Of a stretch of 64,000 nucleotides of DNA, positions 17,391-31,276 are shown in pieces (the stretch's first letter is position 1; each line of letters starts with the position of its first letter). Location: contig OX597833.1 of the NCBI GenBank assembly GCA_951406725.2, positions 69,936,001-70,000,000 of the forward strand, written 5' to 3'. The translations under genes and the position numbers were made by a program. The stretch comes from Octopus vulgaris (lineage: Eukaryota). A model generated the notes under the pieces. The model saw only the letters and a list, made by a program, of their open reading frames with translations. It was not told where the DNA came from and did no database searches.

Positions 17391-18291
17391 GAATTCGATA
17401 GCAAAACCTTTGACAAGAGAGTCCTCTAAGGTGTTTAGAAGACATAAAGTGAACCGGATTGAAGTAGTTCTGGGTTGAGCAGTTTCCATTCTTGCAGCCA
17501 TTTCATTTCGTTCGTGCTACTAATACTCGCGAAAAGAATAACGGAGGATGCACATCATAATACCTGTTCTACTCTATAATTATAAACACTAGAGCTCTGT
17601 TGTATGGTAGAAAGCCTTATTTTCATTGTTACAATATATCTAAGCTAACGGCAAACAAAATCTCAGATTAAATTGCATTTCATTAAATAAATTTTTTCAC
17701 CGTGCAACAATCGAAGATACGACATGTCTCCGAACACGAAGAAATAATGACTGAAGGAGTGAAATGACACACATTTGGTTTTATATGAGATGTAAAAACG
17801 TATATGAAGGTATATGTAGCTGTGTATACGTGTGAATGAAAAGGGAGGTGTAAAGTGTATGCGTGTATATAAATATATATAAGTACAAGTTCCTATACGT
17901 ATGTCTACATATACATATATTTGTATGATTATATACATTTACATACATGTGCGTACATATATATGTATATATATATTTGTATATGTATGTATATATATGT
18001 GTGTATATATATATATATTTGTGCGTGTAAGTATATATATATATATATATATTTGCCTGTATACATACATACAAATATGTGTTTGTGTGTGTATGTATGT
18101 ATGTATATATATAATTTGTACAAGGTGACAGTTAGCTTAAAATGTAATTTTCATATCAACTAACTATATTGAATACAGGTGAAATCTCACAAGAACACGC
18201 ACAGACACACAAAGACAAATATATATAGATGCAAACACACGTATATATATATATATATATATGTATATGTATGTGTGCGTGTGTGTAGGTG

Positions 18292-18491
<200 letters not shown>

Positions 18492-18909
18492 CATACGCAT
18501 ATCTAAAATAATAAATGCGAAAACTAGTTTCTATATGATAGTGTGTCACACTTCGAACCCTCTCTCACTATTCATTGACACTCCTTCTATTGTTCATGTT
18601 GGTGTGAGAGTAATAATAGGCATAGAGACGGTGGGGGCGATGGTAATGACAGACCGAGAGAGAGAGAAAAAGTAAAGGAGGGAGAGAAAGAGAAACAAAG
18701 AAATTTGGGGAGAGCTGATGTTTTTATTAAAAGTAGTTGTGTTGATAGTGGCTTGCGAGAAATAAGAGAGAGAGTGAAAGAGTGGGAGAAAGAGGGACTG
18801 ACCATGCTCAAGTAACATACTGAACGAAAAGACAATTTTAGGCTTTTTGTGATGGTAATGCGGTGATAGAAATAGTATGGGCTGTATTTGTGATAGAGGG
18901 GGAGGTGGT

Positions 18910-18950
<41 letters not shown>

Positions 18951-18953
<3 letters not shown>

Positions 18954-19155
18954 TAATCCAAACAAGAAAACAAAGACAAAAAAACAACAAGGCAAGGACG
19001 TGGAACAAATAAAGTATTATTGGACGCTCAGGAAAGAAGGGAAGAAGGAGGGTTTGACGCTTCGAGCGGAGCTCTTCGTCGGAAACATAGGAGAAGGAAA
19101 GATCCCGTGAAGGGAAGACAGGGGAAAAAATCGCTAGTGATACAGATGAGGTCAC
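18951..19155 (-). mobile_element. (TA)n-embedded repeat with degenerate minimal hammerhead (Penelope-like terminal repeat fragment)
   Basis: Minus strand GTTT-CCGACGA-A-GAGC TCC GCTC-GAAG-CG-TC-AAAC. Its terminal ~55 bp recur at 32274-32326, also abutting (TA)n. Confidence 0.55.
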
Positions 19156-19200
19156 ATATATATATATATATAAAGAGAGAGAGAGAGAGAGAGAGAGAGA

Positions 19201-19308
<108 letters not shown>

Positions 19309-20276
19309 TACAGACAGAAAAATATTGTATATATGCATTGCAGAAAAGTACAGTGGATTTTGATAACTATTTGCTAGCTATTGGTTAAAAAGAAACGTCT
19401 AAGCGCAATTTCCCTCATTATAATATTGAAATACGCATGGGAGATGAAATAATTTTACAAATTTAGTTACTTGTAAATCATCAATTAATCAAACTGTTCA
19501 AATTATTCCTCTTCATGATCAATACACTTGACTAATCGATTTTAAATCTAATTGAGCGAAATTAAAACGATTAAATAATTAACACTGATCGCTTACTAAT
19601 TTCAACAAATTTCGGCGAAACACACATAAACCCCCCCGCCCCCTGCACATGTACTCCCGCTCGCTATCTCCCTCCCTCCCTCCGTCTCTCTCACCCACAC
19701 ATTCACATATTTGTGTCTGCATGTACGTATGCTTGTGTGCATACCATTATGCAGGTATGTTTCTGCATATGCTTGCATGCATGTATGTTTGCATATGCTT
19801 TCAAGTTGCAACTTTCTCTTTTGCACATTGGTAGCTGTGATTATGCAAACGAGCGCACAATTTTTACCAAAAATAATCAAAGACTAAGTTGCCATTTTTT
19901 TTTTTCTATTCTGATACATTCTCAAAAAGGAATCGTATATTTTTTTTTTAATTAAAATAGATTAATTATGCATATTTCTGCTGTATTTTCAAAGAAAACT
20001 GTATTTTCTATGAAAATAAAAATAAACCTGTGAGAGAAATCTTTATTTTAGATTCCATAATAATTATTGAAATGTGTGTGTGTGTGTGTATGTGTGTGTA
20101 TATGTATTATCAATATCGATGCGTGTGAAGAATACTTTAACCCAGTTACTAAAAATATTTAATGCTGAACTTGGCAATTACGGCTTAGAACTGCAAATAA
20201 TTTTTCCTTCTTAATTCTCTTCAGATAAATCGCCGCTCTGACGCTTGTTCCGCCACTTGACGTTCTGGGTTCAAAT

Positions 20277-20510
20277 ATGTTTCTTTATTACCCACAAGGG
20301 GCTAAACACAGAGGGGACAAGCAAGGACAGACAAACGAATTAAGTCGAATATATCGACCCTAGTGCGTAGCAGGTACTTAATTTATCGACCCCGAAAGGA
20401 TGAAAAGCAAAATCGACCTCGGCGGAATTTGAACTCAGTACGTAACGGCAGACGAAATACGGCTACGTATTTCGTCCGGCGTGCTAACGGTTCTGCCAGC
20501 TCGCCGCCTT
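20277..20510 (-). mobile_element. SINE family 2 monomer
   Basis: Reverse complement of 30682-30914. Confidence 0.9.
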
Positions 20511-20761
20511 CAAGAACACAACGCGTCGCCCGGTCCAGGAATCGAAGCCACAATCTTACGATCATGATGTTGACACCCTAACGACTAAGCCAGTAACGTG
20601 GTTCACTTTGCCTCCCACCCTTTTGTGGTCAATAACACAAGTGCCAGCTGAACCCTAAAGTCGATATAATCGACCTTAACTCCTCGTCCGAAATTACTGA
20701 CTTTATGCCAAAATTTGAAACCAATATAAGTGTTGTTGTTCTAGCTGCTGTTGTGCTGCTT

Positions 20762-21130
20762 CTGTTTGTTTGTTTGTTTGTCTTCTTCCCAGTGGGAGAA
20801 GTCCGAATCGTGGTCCTTTGCTATTCGTAAGACCCGCAGAACAGAAAGCAGGTCAACCCCCCGACACCGAGAGCATCGACGGATGGATGAATGCACATCC
20901 CGGCTCAGCGGTTGCGTAGGAAGTCGGGGACAAGGAACAGGAAGAAAGAGTGAGAGAATGTTGGAGCGAAAGAGTACAACAGGGGTCGCCACCACCCCCT
21001 GCCGGAGCAGCCTCGGGGAGCTTAAGGTGTTTTTCGCTCAATAAACACACACAACGCCCGGTCTGGGAATCGAAACCGCGATCCTACGACCGCGAGTCCG
21101 CTGCCCTAACCTCTGGGCCATTGCGCTTCC
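20762..21130 (-). mobile_element. SINE with family 3 head and a different 3' tail
   Basis: Shares about 195 bp of 5' sequence with 31277-31659, then unrelated tail ending (CAAA)n. Confidence 0.85.
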
Positions 21131-22169
21131 ACTGCTGCTTCTGTCGTTGTTGTTGTTGTTGTTAATGACTTAATGATTCATGTTGTTGACGTTGTTATTG
21201 TTACTGTGGCGTTTGTTGCTAGTGCCGTAGATTTATTTATTAACTCCTAGCTCAGCCTTGATTCAGCAGTGTTATGAACAAACGCGTTCCAGCCGTGACC
21301 GTTCACTAAGCTTTTATAAGACGTCTTCATCCTCAATTTCTTTTTAAAATGGTCGTTTCTGACCGAGGAAGATATAGACAGATACTTCTAGTCCATCGCC
21401 CATCCACGTACAAGATCTCTTTACGGCTCTGGTTTGTCAATGATTACCGTTTTTCTTTTTTCTTTCTTACAATTTTTAACGTAGACAGTAAATCCTTTAG
21501 CCGCGATCGCCTAATCTTTCGCGTCTATACCGAGGGCACCCAGAACTAAATTACCCGACGCGTCATTTGCTGGGTGTGATTTCAAATTTTGACTGCTATT
21601 TCTAGCAGTTGAGACAAGCACGTAGGAGTTCCAAGTTTAAGTATTGCCGATACGCTTTTCTTCTTCTCAGATATTATTATTATATGTACTAAGCATAAAC
21701 TATGATCGATTTCATCGATTAGGCCCTCCCGTGCAAATTTATGGCCCTTTGTCAATGTAACAAATCGATGATTTTGGTCTGTGTGGCAAATGCGATAAAT
21801 CAAGGCATAATTACCATCAAACTGATTTGGTGCCGTAATATCGATTACTAATACAAATCATTTCAAATTCACCTTACGGAAGGAAAAGCAAAAATAAAAT
21901 GGATCTCAGTCAGTTTCGACGAATGTTCCAGTCGTACGTTCGAATAAGAGTTTAAATGTATATATATTCCACCCTTAAGGAAAACTCGGTGGGACGGCGT
22001 GTAAGAAGACCGTTCATGGAATTACCCATCCATTCAATAAGACGGGATACCGAACAGTTTCCTTCTGCCCTATTCCAGACTCATGACTGGAGCAAAACCG
22101 AGATTACGGTGAAACAAATTTTGTCCAGGTCACCGCCATATTATGTTGCAATAATCACGTTAACATTTG

Positions 22170-22440
22170 GGCCAACATGTTTGCTGTCTCCTCTCTGCTT
22201 TCTCTACCGCTACTATAACGGCATCTGCTGGGCTCATATTTCCTCTACTCAGTTATTCTCCTCCCTACTCATCTCTCCTCCTTTCATTACCCTTGTCGTA
22301 TCCAATCCCACCAGATACTACACCGATCCTTATGTCCGTTACACCCAGGCCTTGCTTATCAGAACATCGGTGCTCCGGGACTCTCTCCTTGATCAAGTCT
22401 CCCTACAGATCAATATATAAGAGATCAATCTCACAGGTCA
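22170..22440 (+). mobile_element. Highly decayed CR1/Jockey-group LINE C-terminus
   Basis: LCFLYRYYNGIC ... IRTSVLRDSL resembles the FYRYYxGxC ... RTxxLWNSL pattern of such RT C-termini. Confidence 0.4.
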
Positions 22441-22850
22441 CGGCAGACCTCCGAAAGTCATGTCAAAGGCAATGTTCCCGCTTCAAGACGCAGCAAAAGG
22501 ATGATTAAGAAAACAAGAGATATCAGCAAAGCCTGCGTAATTAATGATTTCAAAAGAAAGAAACCCCCTTTCTGATCGTTCAGTCTGCTGTAAACAACAG
22601 CCTACCATCTTATATGAAGAACAGAATAAACTCGCTCGCCACCGTCTTAAATAAACGTTGCATAAAATAACGTTAACACCTTTTTTTTTTTTCGTTTCTA
22701 TCCTATGACCTGTGGCATCGGCTCAATAAAGTCGTTTAAGCACCGCACAGAATATCTTGCAGTATTCGATAAATAAACGACCTGTGCAGCCAAGGTTCAA
22801 TTTTTTTTTGTCTGTGAATATTTTTCTTCTTCTATATTCCATATGTTTAG

Positions 22851-22882
22851 AATGAACAAAATGGACCGTACGTCACGAAGAG
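22851..22882 (+). other. Candidate 32 nt micro-exon
   Basis: Polypyrimidine tract plus tttag acceptor, and GAG|gtaagg donor; no homology support. Confidence 0.2.
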
Positions 22883-23201
22883 GTAAGGGCTCAAAGTAAG
22901 AGAAGGCCTTTCAGACCATCCTAGATCCGTTCTGGTAGCATGTTAATGATGTTTACGAGCAGACATTAGCTCTTCTTTGAAACTCCTTTATTTCTCATCG
23001 TTAACCAGCTAGGGGGAGATATCCTCTTGAGATTAAAAATTCGAAGTAGACACCGCTCGAACGGGCAACCATGATAAAGTGGCTGCGAATATTACTGGTC
23101 AGTACAACTACTGCGTTGATCTCTTAGAGAGATTTTAGAACTAGTATTTTTGCTTATATACATGTGTGTGTGTGTGTGTGTGTGAGTGAGTGTGTGTATG
23201 A

Positions 23202-23234
<33 letters not shown>

Positions 23235-23369
23235 TGTGTGTGTGTGTGTGCGCACACGTGTGTAGGACACTGTAGTCTCGCTGATGTAATTGGATGCAGA
23301 TTGTGAAACAGCCGTGAATAAATAGAATAAATATTTCAACTGTCACTTCACTGAATTTTGATTAATTAT

Positions 23370-23416
<47 letters not shown>

Positions 23417-25962
23417 CATACATACATATATATATTTATATGAAAATTTAGCGGTGATATTTATGAATACCAACGAACTTACTAGGGGAAAGTATCTATG
23501 GGTGTGTTCACCTCCCAAAATACACATGTATGTTCTCAAAAATAGAATTCTGTGAACTCACAAATATGATATACGGTACACTCTCACACATTTAATAAAG
23601 TCGGTTGAAAAATTTTGATGACGTGCGATAATCGAATCTATAAACACATGAATCACCTAAATTCACACGAATCTACATTGTTGTCCATAATCTCCATCGA
23701 TTTCCATCAAATGATCCTGTTGGAGTTATTTCCCTTGTTTGTTGCTTTAGATTTTAAACACCCCCTAGAGGGAGATGTTGCTTATACATTTCTTGAATAT
23801 TTTCATTTCAGACTTGATTGAAGTATTTTACCTCAGTATATTACATATATAAGCGACCTCTAACGTATTTATAAAGAACTAAAGAACTAATAAGAACAAA
23901 CGGATGTATGCAGAAAGAAGAAAGGGAATAGGACAATGTGACTTTGGGGGCTTTTCGCCAAGCCCCTAGCAACTCGATAGAAGTTTCTCAGATCGAACTT
24001 TGACTCACCCCGCGTTGCAGATTTGATTTGCTACCGGCTTATATCTATTCACTGATCCTCACTAGTAACACAAAATTTGTATTTCTGGCTTGTATCGATC
24101 GACTTTTGCTTTTCCAATAATAGTAATTGTAATGTATTTTAGTGCACTGCCATTTCTGTTATGACTAAAATAATTATTTTGCTTTTAATGTACTGTCACT
24201 CGTAATCCTACTGTTATAATTTATATATTTCACTGAGGTGAATTTATCGGTAAGGTTTTTCTATGAGATTAAACTGCCTCATTATGTGTCAGCTGCATAT
24301 GTGAGCATCGCACGATTTAATTTTTGATTGATGCAACAGAGTTAAATACAAAACAACACACAACAAAGATTTTCAACTAATTTTATTGCCAATAACGATA
24401 ACAATAATTAATTTGGTTAGGAAATCTGCTTTGTGTAAAAGTTTTCGCGAACGCTGTCATAAGAACCGTTTACTTTCGAATTTATTTTATGTTGTGAAAG
24501 TATGAAATAGGAAATATTCCCCCTACCAATCCGAAGAAAAGATTAAGGACCTTTTTGTTCTTGGCACATGTCGCAATTGTCACAATTTATGTATCAAAGA
24601 GAGATGCGATAAGAAATTATAGTTATAACCTTTTCTTCATAATATCTATGCCGCCATCGTTTCGAAGCCGTTCGTTTCATGTTTATATCCAAGAAAGCTA
24701 TCTCTATCGGTAAGGGTCGCTTTTCTATCGAACATCTTAATATATACCTACAATCAGAAGATTGCTACTTTTTGTACTTTCTCTGTAATCGGTAAATATT
24801 CGTTTTTATTCCAACTTTTCCCTTTGATTGTAAATGGAAAGTTCAAAGAACTCCTCTCTGACCGGAGTTCAATCAGTGACAATGCGGCCTTAAATAGCAG
24901 ATTCCTTCTCTGACTCCGAAATTATGTTTACTTTCAATCTTCCTGTTCATTGGTTTAGGGATAACATCAGAGGAGATGGGAATCGATACGCTCGCTGAAA
25001 TGTAGCACTCTTAATATATTTTAATACATATCTTTTGCTCGGCTGGCATTTATAAATCAATAACAATTATATTGGATGACAAATAGTCTACCAAAATCTA
25101 GATCTATGGTGATAGTTAGTCTTGGCGCTTTTATGGCTGTCTGGTAAGAAAAAGTCTACTTCGCAACCGCTATGTCCGCATTCAATTTCATTGTAAGACA
25201 GACACTTTTTTCATACGTTGTCCAACGGATTTCAACCATAATTTGAAGTGTGTAAAATTATATAGAGGGAAATTTTGCGCAAATGAGAACTATATCTGTT
25301 CTCGGGGGTGGAGGGCATATAATTATTCTCAGATACATTTAAAAGGCTTCACTTTGTTGTACGTATTCAGTCCAGGCCCTACTCTGAAGAGAACTCGATA
25401 CCTTATTGCAGTTCTTCTCGCTATTTTCCAATAATTTTAGATAATCCACAGCAAAAATTCAAGACAGTTTCCCTTCTTTCTCTGATTAAGCCACGGAGGA
25501 CAAAAACAAACAAAAGAGGAAGTTATTTTATTAACATTAAAGTGTGAAAGACAATGTCGAGTGGGACGAGTTGGATTTGAACTCAGAACGTTGAGTGGTA
25601 CAAGTAACGATCGCAAAGCTGACAGCTGGAGCCAACGGAATTGTTTTTACACCCTGCTTTGATCTGGTAAAATTAGCTGCCGGATTCCTTAGAAACAACA
25701 CCTGACCAACATCAAGTGGAAGGACACATTGACTCATGTATCCTCGGTTACATTACTGACAGTAGATATGGTCACGGCAGGAAAGCTTTGATCAAAGACT
25801 TACTTGATCAGAAGTCTACCACAGGCTAAACAGGAACAACCTGCAGAACAGATGTCCATTTTTTAGATGCTGCCGTCGTTCATGCCGTTGTTTTAGCCCT
25901 CGGTCATCCTTGATCGCATGAAGAGGTCTATGGCCATTAGGGATCCAAACATGCTTATTCCT

Positions 25963-26380
25963 GTTTCTTTACTACCCATAAGGGGCTTAACACAGAGAGG
26001 ACAAACAAGGACAGACAAGTGGATTAAGTCGATTATATCGACCCCAGTGCGTAACTCGTACTTAATTTATCGACCCCGAAAGGATGAAAGGCAAAGTCGA
26101 CCTCGGCGGAATTTGAACTCAGAACGTAAAGACAAACGAAATACGGCTACGCATTTCACCCGGCGTGCTAACGTTTCTGCCAGCTCTCCGCCTTCAAAAC
26201 AGACGAAATACCTATTTCTTTACAGCCCACAAGGAGCTACACACAGAGGGGACAAACAAGGACAGACAAACGGGTTAAGTCGATTATACTGACCCCAGTG
26301 CGTAACTGGTACTTATTTAATATACCCCGAAAGAATGAAAGGCAAAGTCGACCTCGGCGGAATTTGAACTCGGAACGTAG
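25963..26380 (-). mobile_element. Two adjacent SINE family 2 units
   Basis: Full unit 25963-26194 and 5'-truncated unit 26199-26380. Confidence 0.9.
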
Positions 26381-27496
26381 CGCCAAACATGCTAAAACCA
26401 CGCACTGTATTACCCGCTATGTCCTTGTTCTTTTGTATGTTTGTATAACGTAGGATTTGATTGAGATTTACTTGCATGTTTTTGTCGAGCAATTTGGGAA
26501 TTAGTGCCACGGACAAATGTTTATTGAAATGATAACACTGAAATATGGTAGATATTTATTAAAGAAACGATTCAAAACTACTCACACTGATAGACTGGCT
26601 CTCACAAAGATCTCCTTCAGTATAAGGAGGAAGAATTTATTTTCCAATATCTGACAAGTATCCATGCTAAAATATTACCTTGAATGCCGGAGTTTAAAAC
26701 CTGCATCTTTTATTCATAAATGTGGCAAAAAAAATTTCCATGCGTTAAATGAAAGCGAGTGTGTGAGTTTGATGAAATACATTAAATTTGGTTCTTCTAC
26801 ACAATATGATTTCTCCACAAAAATGTAGAGCTACGTCTAATGCAAGAGTGCGTCTCATACAGCGGCGGCAAAAAAAAAACGAATTGAAACAAAATGGCTG
26901 AAATGAGAAAGAAATTTCGTTACTCTATATCCGTCTCACCACAGTCTTATTCTCTGCAGCTGCCACTCATGTATTGATATTTTCAAAGGTCTACAGAATT
27001 ATCGGTGAGAAAACAAGGTTTGTTTTTTTATGCTCTTTTTGTTTCATATTTTTTACGTTTTTTTTTGTTGTTTTTTTTTTTGCTTTTTTTAATATCTGGT
27101 ATGTTAATATGCCAACGCTGTTCGATCAATATTAATTTATTCCATATTCAGAAATTATACGTATCAATAATTCGATCAGACCAACAATCACTTATAAAGT
27201 TTTTTTTCTTTGTCTGAACTACAGGCTATTCTGGGATTTTTATAACCAAACTTCACAAATTTGCGAATTACATATAACACTGTATGGGCAGTTAGTACAC
27301 TAAAGATTTTTTGGCTTGCTACACTCACTGGATGGCGATCTGGATGGGATTCCATCACGACTGGTTTGATCGATTATATCGACAATAATAATTACTTCTA
27401 TCTAATGCATATTTCATTGATCGCTTAACTTCAAGACACAGGACGTAAAAAGACTGACAGAAATACACACATGCACACACACATACATGCACGCGC

Positions 27497-27550
<54 letters not shown>

Positions 27551-27611
27551 GGTGTGTATGTGTATATGTCTGCGTGGGTACATATGTGTGTGTGTGTGTG
27601 TGTGTATTATG

Positions 27612-27776
27612 TTTTACTTGTTTCAGACATTTTACTGTGGCCACGCTGGGGCACCACATTGAAGGGATTTAGTCGAACAAACCGACCCAAGAACTTATAT
27701 TTTTAGGCCTACACCAACACCGGTTGTCAAGCGGTGGTACGAGACAAACACACATACACACATTTGTGTGTGTACG

Positions 27777-27850
<74 letters not shown>

Positions 27851-28097
27851 CGCAATTTACAACCGAAAAGCAAAAAGTATAGTCGTAATTAAAGTGATGG
27901 AGGGTGCTAGTGAGCACCAGAATTGCTAGAAATAAGAGTGAAAACAACTTAGAAAGATGCTCTACCGTGGCTAAATGTTGTTTTGACTCTTATTTCTAGC
28001 AATGTTGGTGCTCACTAGCACCCTCCGTCATTTTAGTAACCACTATACTATATATATGTACGATGGGCTTCTTTCAGTTTCCGTCTACAAAATCCAC
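27612..28097 (-). mobile_element. SINE family 1, partial, interrupted by foldback element
   Basis: Tail at 27612-27760; body resumes at 28058-28097. Confidence 0.75.
27876..28049. repeat. About 174 bp foldback inverted repeat inside a SINE's internal (TA)n
   Basis: Arms of about 75 bp (gagggtgctagtgagcacca..ttgctagaaataagagt / actcttatttctagcaa..tggtgctcactagcaccctc) with a spacer of about 20 bp. Confidence 0.9.
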
Positions 28098-28158
28098 AAT
28101 TGTGTATACTGTGTATAGTTTTAAATATATAGACAATGTAACTCAATATTGTTTATGG

Positions 28159-28241
<83 letters not shown>

Positions 28242-28640
28242 ACTGGCTTGATGCCCGACAATGAAAGCGAATTTAAACCAATATGCATTTGACGTGAGCT
28301 TCTTTTCATCTCAACTTTGCCTGCAACTTCGCTTTATATTTTGAGATTTGGTGTCTTTCATTAACGACTCTGTTGCTGCTGTTCCTTTCCTCTTTACCAT
28401 CTTCATCTTCATCTTCTGCATCTTCATGTTTAAACGTAAATCAACTTCGATGGGGAAAATCTAGGATGAAAAAGCATTACCGTGGTGACAATGTTGTGCT
28501 GGAAATCCGGGCCAACAATATCCCAAAAGTTCTCTCTTAATATAAGTGTGTGTAATTTGAGGTATGTGTGGCTGGTATTTCTAACAGACCTAGTGACCGC
28601 AAAAGACATTGCTCTTTCGTTTACAGCAGTCTACTCCGTA

Positions 28641-29060
28641 TACCTATTTATTTACAACCCACAAGAGGATAAACACAGAGAGGTCAAACAAGGACAGACA
28701 AACGGATTAAGTCGATTATATCGACTCCATTGAATAACTGGTAATTAATTTATCGACCCCGAAAGGATGAAAGGCAATGTCGACCCCGGCGGAATTTGAA
28801 CTCAGAACGTGAAGACAGACGAAATACCTAATTTTTTACTTCCCACAAGGGGCTAAACACAGAGAGGACAAACAAGGACAGACAAACGGATTAAGTCGAT
28901 TATATCGACCCCAGTGCGTAACTGGTACTTAATTTATCGATCCCGAAGGGATAAAAGGTAAAGTCGAACTCGGCGGAATTTGAACTCAGAACGTAACGGC
29001 AGACGAAATACCGCTAAGCATTTCGCCCGGCGTGCTAACATTTCTGCCAACTCGCCGCCT
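28641..29060 (-). mobile_element. SINE family 2 dimer
   Basis: Head plus two body units of about 188 bp. Confidence 0.9.
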
Positions 29061-30146
29061 TTAACTCCGTATACCACGAAAAGAACACCAACTTTTGACG
29101 CAATAAACTTGAGTGTATCTACCATACAATTCTTACTTAACATTTCATTGGTTCTAAACGATTGTAACATCGTTTATTATTTGACTTCCAGTTCTCTCTG
29201 TAAGTGAATTAAGAGAATTCGACTCGTTCATTTTGCATCTGTTTGTGTACGTGTTTTCCTGTCTCTCTGTGAATGAGTCTCTCTCTGTGTGTGACTGTTT
29301 TATTTTTCTTCCATCTAATTTTGCACATACTCTTTATTACCGTGAGAGATAACATAAAACAGGATATCGTTGTAGCATGATAGCAAATTTAAATAGTCAG
29401 ACGTTTTTTTGCATTTGTATTTTTCTTCTTTTCCTTTCCATTCCTTATCGGGTGAAGTAAGTAAACCTTGCAAATTATTTGATTGTGATAGCGTCTTGTT
29501 GCTCAATTTTCTTTCGATGAATTTGTTTCCCAATCACCTTTAATTTATTATTTATTATTCTCTTTCGTTTTCACGCTGTTGTAAGGAAGTCAGTCGTAAT
29601 AAATAAGCCGAGTCTCGTTAATATCATCGGCGAAGTGTTACTTCAGCAGAAAATGCTATCACCGAAAACAATACAAGCTCTTTTTAAATAGAATTACATA
29701 AAGTAGAAAGATGATTAAACCATTGCAGAAATAGCGGTGGATGCCATTAATCATGATGGGCCTTACTGTTATTTCCGTCAGTAGGTGCAAGCAAGCATGA
29801 CCCCAATGAAGTCTCCTTCCAAAATCAAACAAACAGAAAAAAATTATAAATCCTGATTCCTGCTCGTTCGCATTATTTTTCTAATTTGTATATATTTATT
29901 TTATTATAAATGCAAACCAACACCAAGGAGGTACCGACGTAAGTTTAAGTAATAAGCCGCGATAGGTGAATCGTGCTATAGCGAGGAGTTACTGTAGTAG
30001 CAAAAATTTGAATAACAAAGCTGATATCACCAAATATGAACACTTTTTGTAAAGATCTTACAAAGCCTCGGCTATTTTAATCCAATTTAGATGTTATAAT
30101 CTCTACTATCACTGAATGACGAATCCATATCTTTCGTGCAATTCAG

Positions 30147-30367
30147 AAAATGAACCTCTATCAGTTGAGAGGACCTCTAGCGTTCTTGGTACCCGGGCCA
30201 TATTCTTGCTCGCGGCTCTCGGGAGAAGGAGGAGATTGCTGTCCACAAATGCGTGCTCCGTGTGTCAGAGTAACTGTCTCTGTGCATCTCCCTCGCTATC
30301 CTCCCGGGGCGATGACGTTTCAGTTGTATCTGCTTGAGCTATGAGAAATATTTCTATATTATGAGAG
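30147..30367 (+). other. Candidate exon (GC-rich unique island)
   Basis: attcag acceptor and GAG|gtaaga donor; all three plus-strand frames stop before the donor. Confidence 0.25.
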
Positions 30368-30681
30368 GTAAGATTCTCCATTAATTTGCTTTATTTTAAA
30401 GTTGGTACATCCACGATTACATGCTGGGAAAGCCTGCTTCTTACTCACGCAGCATGTTACACATCCAATATCTTTACAAAAACTGTCCCAAGAAACCGTG
30501 AAACAAATTTCTTTGATTCGTTTCTCAGACCGAAATACCTTGTAAATCAAAGACGAACGCAGACAAACAAGGCCTGGAATTTGAGATTCAAACCCCCTTC
30601 TTCAATAGTGCCTTTTATTGATTCCTATTTTGAATCAATTTCTGAAATAAATGAAATAAATGAAGTGATATAAATTTATGA

Positions 30682-30914
30682 AAGGCGGTGAGATGGCAGA
30701 AACGTTAGCATGCCGGGCGTAATGCTTGGCGGTATTTCGTCTGCGTTACGTTCTGAGTTCAAATTCCACCGATGTCGACTTTACCTTTCATCCTTTTCGG
30801 GGTCGATCAATTAAGTACCAGTTACGCACTGGGGTCGATATAATCGACTTAAGCCGTCTGTCTGTCCTTGTTTGTCTCCTCTGTGTTTAGCCCCTTGTGG
30901 GTAGTAAAGATATA
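30682..30914 (+). mobile_element. tRNA-derived SINE family 2 (Nin/Deu-like central block, Tx1-like tail) with 15 bp TSD
   Basis: A-box tggcagaaacg, B-box gagttcaaattcc, cctttcatccttttcggggtcgat..aagtaccag; TSD gatataaatttatga at 30667-30681 and 30915-30929. Confidence 0.9.
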
Positions 30915-31276
30915 GATATAAATTTATGAGATTGAATATTCACGCCTAAAGTATAAAAAGTTCTGGAGTAGTTGGACGCTATGGTAGAAACCATCTTTTT
31001 CTCATTAATTTAAAATTGGCAAGTGCGGCGAGCCGGTAGAAGTGGCAAGAACTGCCTTGTGTTTCTGTTTGAAGCTTTTAAGTTCTGAGTTCAAATCACG
31101 CATTATGTTATATTCCTGTTTAACGTCACTGGTGTCGATAAAAATAAAGTACAACTTTTCACAGGGGTAGGGGTTAAAATAAACTTTACCTCCATTTTGA
31201 TAGTCTAGTACCTAAATCGAAAACAATTTTATCGATTCGATAATGTTGTATAGATATAAAAATATATACATAATAT

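Noticed and set aside
28290-28480. Minus-strand acceptor and acidic EDEDED-like frame
   Set aside because: The acidic frame is closed by an upstream stop, there is no clear donor, and it is explained by a short GATGAA repeat.
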